Assembly (NCBI GenBank): GCA_963842085.1
Contig: CAWJET010000001.1
Span: forward strand, 928,001-992,000
DNA: 64,000 nt
Source: an uncultured delta proteobacterium
GTDB taxonomy: Bacteria > Desulfobacterota > Binatia > Binatales > Binataceae
Direction of reading: 5' to 3'
The translations under genes were made by a program, and so were the position numbers. Below are positions 1-9,699 of the stretch, piece after piece; within the stretch, counting starts at the first letter, position 1, and each line of letters opens with the position of its first letter. The notes beneath the pieces were generated by a model that was not told the origin of the DNA, did no database searches, and was given only the letters and a program-made list of their open reading frames with translations.

Positions 1-2
1 AC

Positions 3-410
3 CTGAAGGCGACCCGCAGCATCATGAAGGCTGCTGACACGATCAAGGCGGGAGTCGCAAAAATCCCGGAGCTCAAGATTATCGGCAAGCCGACCTACTG
101 CATCGCGATTACGTCAGACAAGGTGGACATCCGCCACGTCCACGATTTCCTCGTGGACCGCGGATGGCGGCTTAACGGGCTGCAGCGGCCCGCCGGCTTT
201 CATATGTGCGTCACCTTGCTCCAGACAATTCCGGGGTTGGCGGCGCGTTTCGTCAGAGACATCACGGCCGGGGTCGAGTATGCGAAGAATCCGCCGGCGA
301 CGCCCGCGCGCAGCGGCGCGATGTACGCCGGCAGCGCGGCTTCGCTTGACCCATCGATGGTGGATGAACTGATGCTGGCGTATCTCGACGCGAGCGCCGA
401 AGTCCCGTAA
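3..410 (+). CDS. PLP-dependent decarboxylase / sphingosine-1-phosphate lyase-like, C-terminal part (5' truncated by window)
   Basis: RGWRLNGLQRPAGFHMCVT and AMYAG motifs typical of S1P-lyase C-termini; frame is open to the window start. Confidence 0.75.
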   Translation: MKATRSIMKAADTIKAGVAKIPELKIIGKPTYCIAITSDKVDIRHVHDFLVDRGWRLNGLQRPAGFHMCVTLLQTIPGLAARFVRDITAGVEYAKNPPATPARSGAMYAGSAASLDPSMVDELMLAYLDASAEVP

Positions 411-823
411 CCGGGCCGGCTTCCGGGGAGAACGGCCTATGTCGGCGATTCGGCGGATTTGAAAATAGTACGCCAGACAGTCGCGAACGGATTCCGGGCG
501 AATCCTTTCACTCCCAGCACCGCCGCTTTCCCCCGCGTTCGAGTCTGCGCAATTTACGGCTCCGATGCCAGCAGTAGGGGCACATTACGATCAGAATGAA
601 TTCAAGAAAAGGAAATCCAGCATCTTTACACCACGGCTTTTCCCTGCTTGTCGGCTGAGATCTCGGTGATCTTGATGTCGACCTTGTCCCGATCAAAATT
701 GTCTGCCACGCCATCGGTGAGCCGAATTCGCTTTGTGGACGAAGATGACCCATTCGTCGGCCCCTGCATCGGCGCTTGCGTACTAAACCGCGATTCTCCT
801 TTTACCAGAAAATGAAAAGCCCG

Positions 824-853
824 TGTGTGTGGCGAATTGCTAATTCTGGCACA
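824..853. repeat. Palindromic element copy A (30 bp internally deleted derivative)
   Basis: TGTGTGTGGCGAATTGCTAATTCTGGCACA then GG; matches the left arm of copies B-D. Confidence 0.8.
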
Positions 854-858
854 GGACC

Positions 859-911
859 TGTGTGTGGCGAATTGCTGATTTTCCACCCAAATCAGCAATT
901 CGCCACACACA
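859..911. repeat. Palindromic element copy B (53 bp)
   Basis: TGTGTGTGGCGAATTGCTGATTT-TCCACCC-AAATCAGCAATTCGCCACACACA, perfect 23 bp arms. Confidence 0.9.
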
Positions 912-1095
912 GTTTCCCGCATTGACACAATTCGGGCGCCTTTCATAACTTTCGAGCGATCACATTTCGCACCGTTTGTCACGAGTTCGCACCGCGCCAA
1001 AAGGGGAGAATCAATGGCCCCATCTTCCGAATCGCGGCGCGCACGCGCCGATTTCGATCGATTCTCTGACATCTCCAAAAATCTGGAGACTGAAA

Positions 1096-1128
1096 TGTGG
1101 AGAGGGGCGGGTTCGAACCCCCGGTGCC
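1096..1128 (-). other. Degenerate tRNA(Ser)-like 3' fragment, att-like site
   Basis: Minus strand GGCACCGGGGGTTCGAACCCGCCCCTCTCCACA is T-arm plus acceptor 3' strand-like; no 5' half seen. Confidence 0.55.
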
Positions 1129-1419
1129 GCGAGGACCGATACGGGTGAAATTCGGCCCGAGCTTGGCGCACTATTTGGCCCCGAATAAAAGCATCCGTGC
1201 TGGAGAGAATTTGTTCGCCTTGGATTCGGCTCTGCTTCGGAGCTCTCGGGTTCCCTTCGTTCGTCAGGCGAATGCGAGGAATTGGGCGATGCAGAGCATA
1301 CGGCGAAGGCTCGGGGTCAAATCTCCCCTTAGCGAGCTGGCAGACAGATGTTTGTGCTGGATTGCAGAGTTCTGATTGGCCGACTCGGGAGGTCCACCAC
1401 ACAGGTCCGGTCAGGGTAA

Positions 1420-2739
1420 CTACAACTCTTCGCGGGCGCGTCTCGCCATGTAGGCCAGGCCCGCGCGCACCGCCACTCCCGACACGGGCTCGGGCGGAAT
1501 CCAGGACGGTCCGGGCAGCCGCCGCATGTCCTCAAGGAGGGCCGAATCTGCTCCCACGGCGAGGTCGGCGAGCAACTGTCCCGCGATGGTTCCCAGCGCC
1601 ACTCCCACGCCGTTGTAGCCCGCGGCCACAAACAACTTGTCATCAAGCTCCCCGAAGAAGTGCGCTCTGTTCAGCGAAATGCCGAGCACACCGCCCCATG
1701 TGTACTCCAAGTCCACGTCCGGCAGCATCGGAAAGCGCGCGCGGAAGGCGCACCGATGCCCCTCGCATACGTGTCTCCGCTGCGCCTCGTGAACCTCGAG
1801 GGATCGGGAGTAGATCACGCCGTTGCGAATGAGGATGCGGCCGTCGCGCGTCTTCCTGACGGTTGTACCCATCGTCTCTTCCGGCACGAGCCCCCACTCT
1901 GGCTCGCCCCCGAGGGCGCGCAGTTCCGCGTCGTTGAGGCGGCGCGTCAGGCTCGCAAACGTCAGCATCGGCAGTATGCGGCTCCTCAGCAGGCCGAGCC
2001 CGGCGGTGTAGCCATTTGTCGCCACGAACACGCGCTCCGCCGCTATGGTGCGGTCGCGAGTTTCGATCATAAGCTTTCCGTCCAGGCGCTGAATGCCGCG
2101 CACCGGGCACTCCTCATACAGCTCGACATTGGCGGGCAACGTGGCTGCCAGCCCGCGAATGAGTGCGGCGGGCTGCACCAGCACGGTCCCGCGGGTGTGC
2201 ACAGCAGCATGGTAGTGGGCTGTGCCGGTGATCGCCGTCATCGCAGCAGCATCGAGCTTCGTGTAGGGTTCGTCCATCGCGTCGAGGCCGGCGCAGAACG
2301 CGTCGAGGGCGCGCCTTCCGACGTCGCCGACAGCGCCGTGCAAACGGCCGCATTCCGCCCATTCGCACTCGATCGCTTGTGCGCGCACGAGCGTTCGGAG
2401 CGCGTCTTGGCCGGCGCGCTCCAACCGTACCAGGCGTCGGTTTTCCTCGACACCCCGCCGCGGTTCGTAGTGTGGAAGGTCAACCACGAATCCGGAGTTG
2501 CGACCCGAGGCGCCAGCGCCAACGCGCTGTGCCTCGACCACGATGATCCGCCAGTCTGGCCGATGCGCAGCCAACTGGCGCGCCACGGCGAGGCCGGTAA
2601 AGCCGGCGCCGATGACCGCGGCTTGCCCGTGCTGATTCGAGAGCAGGTGCCGCGGCGGCGCGGGAGGCGGAAGCAACGCCAGCCAGCCGCAGCCGTTATC
2701 GTCGGCAGGCAATCCGCGCGTGCGCCAGCTGCTCGTCAC
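1420..2739 (-). CDS. FAD-dependent oxidoreductase (DAO / PuuB-like)
   Basis: VIGAGFTGL Rossmann motif, GASGRNSG, YTWGG, GYNGVGV; probable GTG start at 2739. Confidence 0.85.
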   Translation of the reverse strand: MTSSWRTRGLPADDNGCGWLALLPPPAPPRHLLSNQHGQAAVIGAGFTGLAVARQLAAHRPDWRIIVVEAQRVGAGASGRNSGFVVDLPHYEPRRGVEENRRLVRLERAGQDALRTLVRAQAIECEWAECGRLHGAVGDVGRRALDAFCAGLDAMDEPYTKLDAAAMTAITGTAHYHAAVHTRGTVLVQPAALIRGLAATLPANVELYEECPVRGIQRLDGKLMIETRDRTIAAERVFVATNGYTAGLGLLRSRILPMLTFASLTRRLNDAELRALGGEPEWGLVPEETMGTTVRKTRDGRILIRNGVIYSRSLEVHEAQRRHVCEGHRCAFRARFPMLPDVDLEYTWGGVLGISLNRAHFFGELDDKLFVAAGYNGVGVALGTIAGQLLADLAVGADSALLEDMRRLPGPSWIPPEPVSGVAVRAGLAYMARRAREEL

Positions 2740-2997
2740 TCTTAACCCCGGGCGGTACGAGCTTACTTTACATAACACCAAGCTCAAGCGGCTATATCGT
2801 GGTCGATCACCGAACGGCGCGGCAGCGTTAAGTTGCGCAGAGCGTCAGATGGCCGGACCAAGTTTTGAGAAGCGACAGGGATTGACCTTCGATAACGATG
2901 TTGCCCGTTGGCGAGCCGAGTAAATCGGTCGCAATTTATAGTGTTTCAAGTCGCGTCGGCAAATTTTTGCGGAGGAAAATTCGCGGATGCTCTCGCC

Positions 2998-4698
2998 TCA
3001 GGCGCCGTGGCCGTGGCGCAGCAGCCGCCCCGTCGATGCGCCCGTCTGCTCACCGTCTCGCATATTGATTTCGCCGTTGACCATGATGTACCGATAGCCG
3101 TCGGACTTGCGCACGCGACGCCATTCGCCGCCGGGCAAGTCGTGCGCAATTTCCATCGGCCGCACCGCCAACTTCTCATAGTCGTAGATGACGATGTCCG
3201 CAGGCGCGCCCTCGCGGATTACTCCGCGATCGCTGAATCCAGCGCACATAGCGGGCAGCGCGCTCAGTCGCCAGTGCGCGTCCTCGAGACTCAGCATTTT
3301 GTGCTCGCGCACGAGCGACGCTAGAAATTCAGTCGGGTACTGCCCACCGGTGAAGAACTTCGTATGTGCGCCACCGTCAGAAACGCCGGGAATCAGATAC
3401 GGATAATCGATCATCTCTTTCATGTAGTCCATGTTCTGGTTGGGTCCCGGCGCGTAAAACTCGGTCCGAAGCTCGTCCGCGACCGCAAGATCAAGCATCG
3501 CGTCCACCGGATGCTGGCCGGTGCGCTCGCCGAACTCACGCAGCGTGAGGCCTTCATATTCTTTCATGTCATCGCGCGTGACCTGAGTGACGAAAATCTG
3601 ATCGAACTCCTCGGTGATGACACGCGGCAGGTGGCTGCGAAGCGCCTCGCGCCGGGCGGGATCGGCCAGCTTCGCCTTGCGTTCGGCGCAAGTGCCGGTG
3701 GTGGCGTCGCACCACGCCTGGCATTCGTCGAACAGGTTCCAGTCAACGAACGTGAACGCCATCCCGGTATCGGCGGTGACGGCTTGCCCATAGACGGGAA
3801 TCCCACGCTGGCGGCAACTCTCAAGCCACTGAATTTGCCCGCGATGCACGTAGGGATGCGAATCGCGCGGCTGCACGACGTTGTAGAGCACCGGCCGCCC
3901 ACTTAGCGTGGCAAGCTGCTCGAAGTGATTTAGATCGTGCATCGGATCGGCACTCACCAGCGTCATCTGGATGAAGCCCTCGTTGCGCTGGCCGAGCACG
4001 CGGGCCAGCGCGAGGCAGGTCTCGTCGGCCATCAGGTCGGAAACCATCGGCGTGCCGTCAAAGTCGCGCTGTACGCAAGCAGGCCCATTCGGATCGAGAC
4101 GCTGCGCGGACCATCCGCATGCGCCGGCGTCCATCGCCTCGTCCAAGAGGTGGCAGATCTCGCGCGTTTCCCGCTCGGTAGGCGGTCGCGTCTTGGCCGC
4201 TTCCAGGCCCATCACCCACGTCAGCAGCGGCGAAACCGGAACGTACGGCAGGATGTTCACCGCCTTGGGATGGCGTTCGATGCTGTCGAGAAATTCGGGA
4301 AACGTGATCCAATCCCACGGCATCCCAGCCTTCATCGAAGCATATGGGATCGCCTCCACGCGCGTCATCGTAAGCATCGCCCGCTCGCGGCCATCGGGAC
4401 GCACCGGCGCGAAGCCGAAGCCGCAGTTGCCGATTACGACCGACGTGACACCGTGCCAACTCGAGATCGAGCAGTATGGATCCCAGAACAACTGCGCATC
4501 GTAGTGGGTGTGCAGATCGACAAAGCCCGGCGCTACGATCAAACCCGAAGCATCGATGGTTTGTCCGCCGTCGGTCGAGCGCAGCCGACCGATTTTCGCG
4601 ATGCGACCGTCCTTGATGCCGACGTCGCCGCGCAACCGCGGCATCCGTGTTCCGTCCACGACCATTCCATCGCGAATGACAAGGTCGAACTCCGCCAT
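2998..4698 (-). CDS. N-acyl-D-amino-acid deacylase family amidohydrolase
   Basis: APGFVDLHTHYDAQ, GVTSVVIGNCG, SDGGAH, GAPADIVIYD. Confidence 0.9.
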   Translation of the reverse strand: MAEFDLVIRDGMVVDGTRMPRLRGDVGIKDGRIAKIGRLRSTDGGQTIDASGLIVAPGFVDLHTHYDAQLFWDPYCSISSWHGVTSVVIGNCGFGFAPVRPDGRERAMLTMTRVEAIPYASMKAGMPWDWITFPEFLDSIERHPKAVNILPYVPVSPLLTWVMGLEAAKTRPPTERETREICHLLDEAMDAGACGWSAQRLDPNGPACVQRDFDGTPMVSDLMADETCLALARVLGQRNEGFIQMTLVSADPMHDLNHFEQLATLSGRPVLYNVVQPRDSHPYVHRGQIQWLESCRQRGIPVYGQAVTADTGMAFTFVDWNLFDECQAWCDATTGTCAERKAKLADPARREALRSHLPRVITEEFDQIFVTQVTRDDMKEYEGLTLREFGERTGQHPVDAMLDLAVADELRTEFYAPGPNQNMDYMKEMIDYPYLIPGVSDGGAHTKFFTGGQYPTEFLASLVREHKMLSLEDAHWRLSALPAMCAGFSDRGVIREGAPADIVIYDYEKLAVRPMEIAHDLPGGEWRRVRKSDGYRYIMVNGEINMRDGEQTGASTGRLLRHGHGA

Positions 4699-4789
4699 GG
4701 CTCAACCTCCGTACAGCTAATATTCAAGATTACCGCGTCTGCTCACAAGTCGCACCGCCCGCCCGCTGTGTCAATGAAAATGGACGCTC

Positions 4790-5270
4790 TAAGCGTACGG
4801 GCCAAATCGCTCGAAGTCGTCTCGGGTGCCACTCCGAAACCACTCGAGTTCCAATTTCTTTCTGGCAGCATGCTCGATGGCGAGTGCACAGATCGTGACG
4901 ACCTGGGCAACGCCGCGAGCACGAGCTTCCTGCTTGAGATGCTCGAGCGCGAGTCTGACGGAGTTCCACTCGCTTTGATCGTCAACCATAAGTCAGCGAT
5001 TTGAAGCGTCAGGCCGCCAGGATCATAGACTTCCAGTAAGCGTTGGGACGGCGAAGCCGCGAATCTTGCGGGCACTTTCGTCCACCGCCGCAATGACGCG
5101 TTTCGCGCACAGCCGTGCTTTGAAGAACATTGCCTTCAATCTCTGCTGCTGCTTTCCTGCGCAAGACCTGGGTTCGAGCCGGCTCACCCGCGCTTGCTTT
5201 CTGAAGTCCTCCTGGATTACGCGTTTATTCTGAGTTCTCAGCTCGCGGCCGCTCGACAACTTGCCGCGCA
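4790..5270 (-). pseudogene. Degraded GNAT-like acetyltransferase remnant
   Basis: Fragments in different frames: EVYDPGGLTLQIAD, then VDDQSEWNSVRLALEHLKQEARARGVAQVVTICA; family recalled from memory. Confidence 0.4.
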
Positions 5271-5401
5271 AGCTATGGTGAACCCTTGATCTGTGCTATG
5301 GCTGTGACCGCGAGCCATGCCATCGGAAGTGCTACTGGGGTGGCGCACCTTCGAAGTCTCGTCGAAGACCGCGGATCAATCCACACTGGGGAGGTAGATT
5401 G

Positions 5402-6097
5402 ATGGCTCATGAATTCATTCTGAAATCGTTGGTCGACGGTCTCGAGAATATGGCCGGCGACTTTGAGAAATTCGCGGTCCTTCTCAACCAGCGGGCGGAG
5501 GTTTACGGCTTTTCGATTCGCTTCAAGCCCACGCCGTATCACACGCCCAGGGCACCGAACTATCCGAGTAAAGAAGAATCGTTGGCGAGAGCAGCTGATT
5601 TTGAAGAGAAGATAGCCGACAACTATGGTCTGGTAGTTTCGTACTTTCGAATTCAATCAGACCCGCCTGCCACGCTGAGTCCGGAGTCATACGGCGAAGA
5701 TGGCCTGTTGCACCTGATAACTTCATGGCAGGGACTGTGCGCGGGAGTCTTCAAAGCGACTCTGAATCTGTACGGAGAAAAGCCTCTCCCGCCGCCACCC
5801 GCGTCCCAGCCCGGCGCCGCCTCGGAATTGAGATTGTGCGCCGAGATCGCTGCGTGGCTCGAGAAAATTGCCGCCGATTCGACTCTATTTTCGGCCAGTC
5901 AAGAGCTTTCGGAGGCGAGCAAGTCGAGATCGAAGAAGATCAACCCAGCTCCGGTTCTCAACTCTCTTGCGCGCCTGGAACAAGCTTTTCACAGAACGAC
6001 TTCGAATGCCCTACTGGTCGCCAACAAGTTACCGCATCATCTTTACCGGGCCGCTCACAAAAATTACGGAGCCACTTCCAAGAAAACGCCCCGGTGA
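5402..6097 (+). CDS. Hypothetical protein
   Basis: ~231 aa ORF with GGAGG RBS just upstream; no recognised motif. Confidence 0.6.
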   Translation: MAHEFILKSLVDGLENMAGDFEKFAVLLNQRAEVYGFSIRFKPTPYHTPRAPNYPSKEESLARAADFEEKIADNYGLVVSYFRIQSDPPATLSPESYGEDGLLHLITSWQGLCAGVFKATLNLYGEKPLPPPPASQPGAASELRLCAEIAAWLEKIAADSTLFSASQELSEASKSRSKKINPAPVLNSLARLEQAFHRTTSNALLVANKLPHHLYRAAHKNYGATSKKTPR

Positions 6098-6235
6098 TTG
6101 CGTCGAGCCCGTTCATCGAAGGAGCGGATTCCCCTATCATTGGGTGCCGTGCTTCGTGCACCGGCGAAGGGCTGAGCGGCTTGCGCATCGTGGCCCTTGA
6201 GGTTGCCTGATCTGGTTCTCAAGGAATACGCGTCA

Positions 6236-9200
6236 ATGAAAGAAGTTTCGCCTACACGCACAGCGGTCTCTGATTCAATGCCGGCCATTCACCCCCATAG
6301 TGCATTCGTCGGACGAGCGCGCGAATCCGAGATTCTGCGCTCCGCGGTGACCGGCCTGCTTGCGGGACGGGGTGGGTTGGTCATGCTCGCCGGAGAGCCC
6401 GGCATCGGCAAGACTCGCCTCGCCGAAGAATCCGCAAATTACGCAATCGCCAAGGGCTCGCGGGTAATATGGGGACGATGCTGGGAGGGTGGGGGCGCGC
6501 CGGCGTTCTGGCCGTGGATTCAACTGATTCGTGAAAGCGTTCACGCCTTTTCAGATTCGATGCTCGCTGAGGCAGGTTCCGGACTCAGCTGTATTGCCCA
6601 AATGGTTCCGGAACTGCGCTTGTCAACCGCCGCAGTGGAACCCGGCCGCAATCCCGTTTCAGCATGGCCGCTCGCTGAAGACTCGATGGCAGCGGGGCCC
6701 GAACGCTTCCGTCTTTTCGACGCCGTCACGGCCCTTTTCAAACAGCTTGCGGCGAACACACCGTTGATGATGGTGCTCGACGACCTTCATGCAGCCGACG
6801 AAGACTCACTCATGCTGCTGCGGTTTCTAGCGCGCGATTTGAAACAGACTCATATCCTGATGGTCGCCACTTATCGCGAGGTCGAATTACGGCAGTCGAG
6901 GGCGCATTCCACGTTGCTTTCGGAGATTAGCCGTGAGGGCAGCACCATTCTGCTTCGGGGTCTCAGCGTCGATGAAGTAGCGGATTTCATCGGACTCAAC
7001 TCCAGACTCGGAGCGGATGAATCGACTGTCTCCTCGCTCTATCATGCGACCGACGGAAATCCGTTTTTCCTCGACGAGATCGTCCGTTTGATTGTTGCCG
7101 AGCGCAACCTTGGTCACTCGATCAGCCTCGATTCAGGTTTTACTGTCCCGGACTCGGTCCGAACGATCATCCGGCGGCGTATCGCGCCGTTTGCAGAGCA
7201 AACGAAATCCGTCATGACGATCGCGTCGTTGATAGGAAAGGAATTTGACCTCGCCTTGCTCGCAGAGGTTACCGGAATTAGCATTGAGCAGCTTATCGAG
7301 TCACTCGAACAGGCCGCGGCTAATTCTCTAATTGTGGAAGTGACGGAAACATTCGGATGCTACCGTTTCGCTCACGAGGTCATCCGGGAAACGCTGCGCA
7401 CCGAGCTCGGCAAAACCGCAAGCGCGCGGCTTCATCAGCGGATCGCAGCCGCAATCGAAGAGCTGAATTCCAGGGACCTCGAGCCACACCTCGCTCGGCT
7501 CGCTCATCACTACGTTGAAGCGCTCCCGCTCGGGACGGCGGCAAAGGCTGTTGAATACGCCCGCCGGGGGGGCGAGCGCGCTCGCAAAGAATTGGCATTC
7601 GCGGAAGCGTCGCGTCTCTACGCGATCGCGCTCCGGGCGCTGGACTCCGTGCCGAGACGCGATGAGGTACAGCGCTGCGAAGTGCTGCTCGCGATGGGTG
7701 AAACCCAGGCCCAGGGCCGAAGCCTGAGGGAGGCGAGGCACAGCTTCGAGCGAGCTGCCGATATCGCTCGCAACTTGGGCCGAACAGATCTGCTGGCGCA
7801 AACCGCACTGAGCCTGAGCGCATGGTTCGGTGGCTTTTTCAACAAGGGTCGGCCACTGATCGGGGTCATCGCGGAAGTGCTGTCTTCGATGGATCCCGGC
7901 GACACTGCGGTTCGCGCCACACTGACTGCCAAGCTTGGCGGCGAGCACTACTGGACTGGTGAGCGCGAAAAGGGCCTGTCTCTTTGCCAGGAGGCCGTGG
8001 CAATGGCACGGCGGATCGGGGACCCTCGCGCGCTCGTTTCGGCGCTCTGGGATCGCAGTCAGATCAGTTGGGGCCCCGAAAACGTGGAAGGTCGTCTCGC
8101 GACCGCGACCGAGATCGCCACACTGGCCGAATCGATCGGCGATTATCAATGCGCGCTGAGGGCGCGCGAAATGCGGTTTACCGCGTTGCTCGAAATCGGC
8201 GATATGGCAGGAATCGACGCAGAAGTGCGCGCCTACGCGGCACTTGCTGAGAAATCTGGCGAGCAGTTCGGAATCGTTGAAAGATTTCACGCCGCGCTTG
8301 CCCTATCGAGAGGGGACTTCGAACTGGCCGAGCGGAAGACGCGAGAATTGTCGCGGCACGCTCAGAGAAGGCAGGACCCGGCCTTACTTGCATGCGCCAG
8401 CTACCTCACGGAAATCTTGGGCCGCGAGCGCGACGGGATCGATCTGGCGCAGTTTGAGGGGCTTCGAAAAGCGAGGATCGCGCGGTCTTTGACTACCGCT
8501 GCTGTGTTCCGAATTGAGTTGGCCATCTTTTTCACGGCTATCGGGCGGCGGGCCGAAGCTCTGGCTGAGATGGGGTCTCTCGAAAGAAACAACTTCGCCG
8601 CTATTCCGCGCGACTGGAACTGGCTCTACAACATGTGCGGTCTCGCGACCCTGTGCGTAGGTCTGCGCGACGCTCAACGCGCCGCTGCCGTTTACGAACT
8701 TCTTCTTCCCTACGCCAATCGCAATGTAACTGCGGGCTGGGGCGATCTAGCTTACGGTTGCTCGAGTCGATTCCTGGGCATGTTGGCAGGGGTGATAGAT
8801 CGGGCCAACGATGCGCAAGCTCACTTCGAGCAGGCTTTGGAATTCGATGATCGCATGGGATCCCGACCCTGGGCCGCTTACGCGCGATACGAATATGCCC
8901 GGGTGCTGCTAAATCGGGGCAACCAGGGCGATCTTGAACACGCACTCAAGCTGCTCACAGAAGCTCGGGAAATCACGTCCGCCATCGGGATGAAGCCGCT
9001 CGGGGGGCGCGTCAACTCGCTCATCGCCAAGGCCCAGGCACCCAAATCGAATCTCGCGGCCGCAACCGCCCGGCCACCAGCCGGCGCGAATACGGGCGAA
9101 CATTCGCAGCGCGTCATTGCCACGATTCTCTTCATCGACATCGTCAGCTCAACCGAGCACGTCACCGAGCTAAAGGACCGGCGATGGGTTGAACTCCGTG

Positions 9201-9595
9201 CCCGCTTTTTCGAGAGCGTCCGCAAAGAACTTGCGAGTTTCGGGGGACGCGAGATCAACACGGCCGGCGACGGGATGTTCGCGATATTTGATCGGCCGGA
9301 CACCGCGATTCATTGCGCGTTCGCGATGTCGGACGGCGCGCAGAAGATCGGCCTGCAGATAAGAGCCGGCATTCACACCGGCGAATGCGAACTGGTCGGC
9401 GGTGATGCTGTCGGCATCGCGGTACATATCGGCGCGCGGGTCGCCGGCTGCGCCGCCGCGACCGAGGTGATGGTTTCAAGCACGGTAAGGGATTTGTTGG
9501 CCGGCGGCGATATATCATTCACCGACCGGGGCAGCCGTGTGCTGAAGGGGATTCTGGGCGAGTGGCGGCTCTACGCTGTCCAGCCGATAGAATAG
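6236..9595 (+). CDS. STAND-type AAA ATPase with helical-repeat region and C-terminal class III nucleotidyl cyclase
   Basis: FVGR, Walker A GEPGIGKT, Walker B MVLDDLHAAD, GNPFFL, YRFAH; cyclase ILFIDIVSST...NTAGDG...IRAGIHTGE...VHIGARV; start uncertain (6236 or 6278). Confidence 0.9.
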   Translation: MKEVSPTRTAVSDSMPAIHPHSAFVGRARESEILRSAVTGLLAGRGGLVMLAGEPGIGKTRLAEESANYAIAKGSRVIWGRCWEGGGAPAFWPWIQLIRESVHAFSDSMLAEAGSGLSCIAQMVPELRLSTAAVEPGRNPVSAWPLAEDSMAAGPERFRLFDAVTALFKQLAANTPLMMVLDDLHAADEDSLMLLRFLARDLKQTHILMVATYREVELRQSRAHSTLLSEISREGSTILLRGLSVDEVADFIGLNSRLGADESTVSSLYHATDGNPFFLDEIVRLIVAERNLGHSISLDSGFTVPDSVRTIIRRRIAPFAEQTKSVMTIASLIGKEFDLALLAEVTGISIEQLIESLEQAAANSLIVEVTETFGCYRFAHEVIRETLRTELGKTASARLHQRIAAAIEELNSRDLEPHLARLAHHYVEALPLGTAAKAVEYARRGGERARKELAFAEASRLYAIALRALDSVPRRDEVQRCEVLLAMGETQAQGRSLREARHSFERAADIARNLGRTDLLAQTALSLSAWFGGFFNKGRPLIGVIAEVLSSMDPGDTAVRATLTAKLGGEHYWTGEREKGLSLCQEAVAMARRIGDPRALVSALWDRSQISWGPENVEGRLATATEIATLAESIGDYQCALRAREMRFTALLEIGDMAGIDAEVRAYAALAEKSGEQFGIVERFHAALALSRGDFELAERKTRELSRHAQRRQDPALLACASYLTEILGRERDGIDLAQFEGLRKARIARSLTTAAVFRIELAIFFTAIGRRAEALAEMGSLERNNFAAIPRDWNWLYNMCGLATLCVGLRDAQRAAAVYELLLPYANRNVTAGWGDLAYGCSSRFLGMLAGVIDRANDAQAHFEQALEFDDRMGSRPWAAYARYEYARVLLNRGNQGDLEHALKLLTEAREITSAIGMKPLGGRVNSLIAKAQAPKSNLAAATARPPAGANTGEHSQRVIATILFIDIVSSTEHVTELKDRRWVELRARFFESVRKELASFGGREINTAGDGMFAIFDRPDTAIHCAFAMSDGAQKIGLQIRAGIHTGECELVGGDAVGIAVHIGARVAGCAAATEVMVSSTVRDLLAGGDISFTDRGSRVLKGILGEWRLYAVQPIE

Positions 9596-9699
9596 ATCTC
9601 CAGGTCTCCGGAGGCCAATGGCCTCGCGCGGCTTCTCCGAGCATGACAAGCGCGACGAGGCGAGCGCGACGCACACCGTGCACGCCGCCGCCCCGAATC

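Noticed and set aside
1096-1128. Complete tRNA gene
   Set aside because: No D-arm, anticodon arm or matching acceptor 5' strand; the T-stem has a mismatch.
626-1402. 258 aa minus-strand ORF
   Set aside because: Runs through palindromes and the tRNA-like element, with no protein motif; probably spurious.
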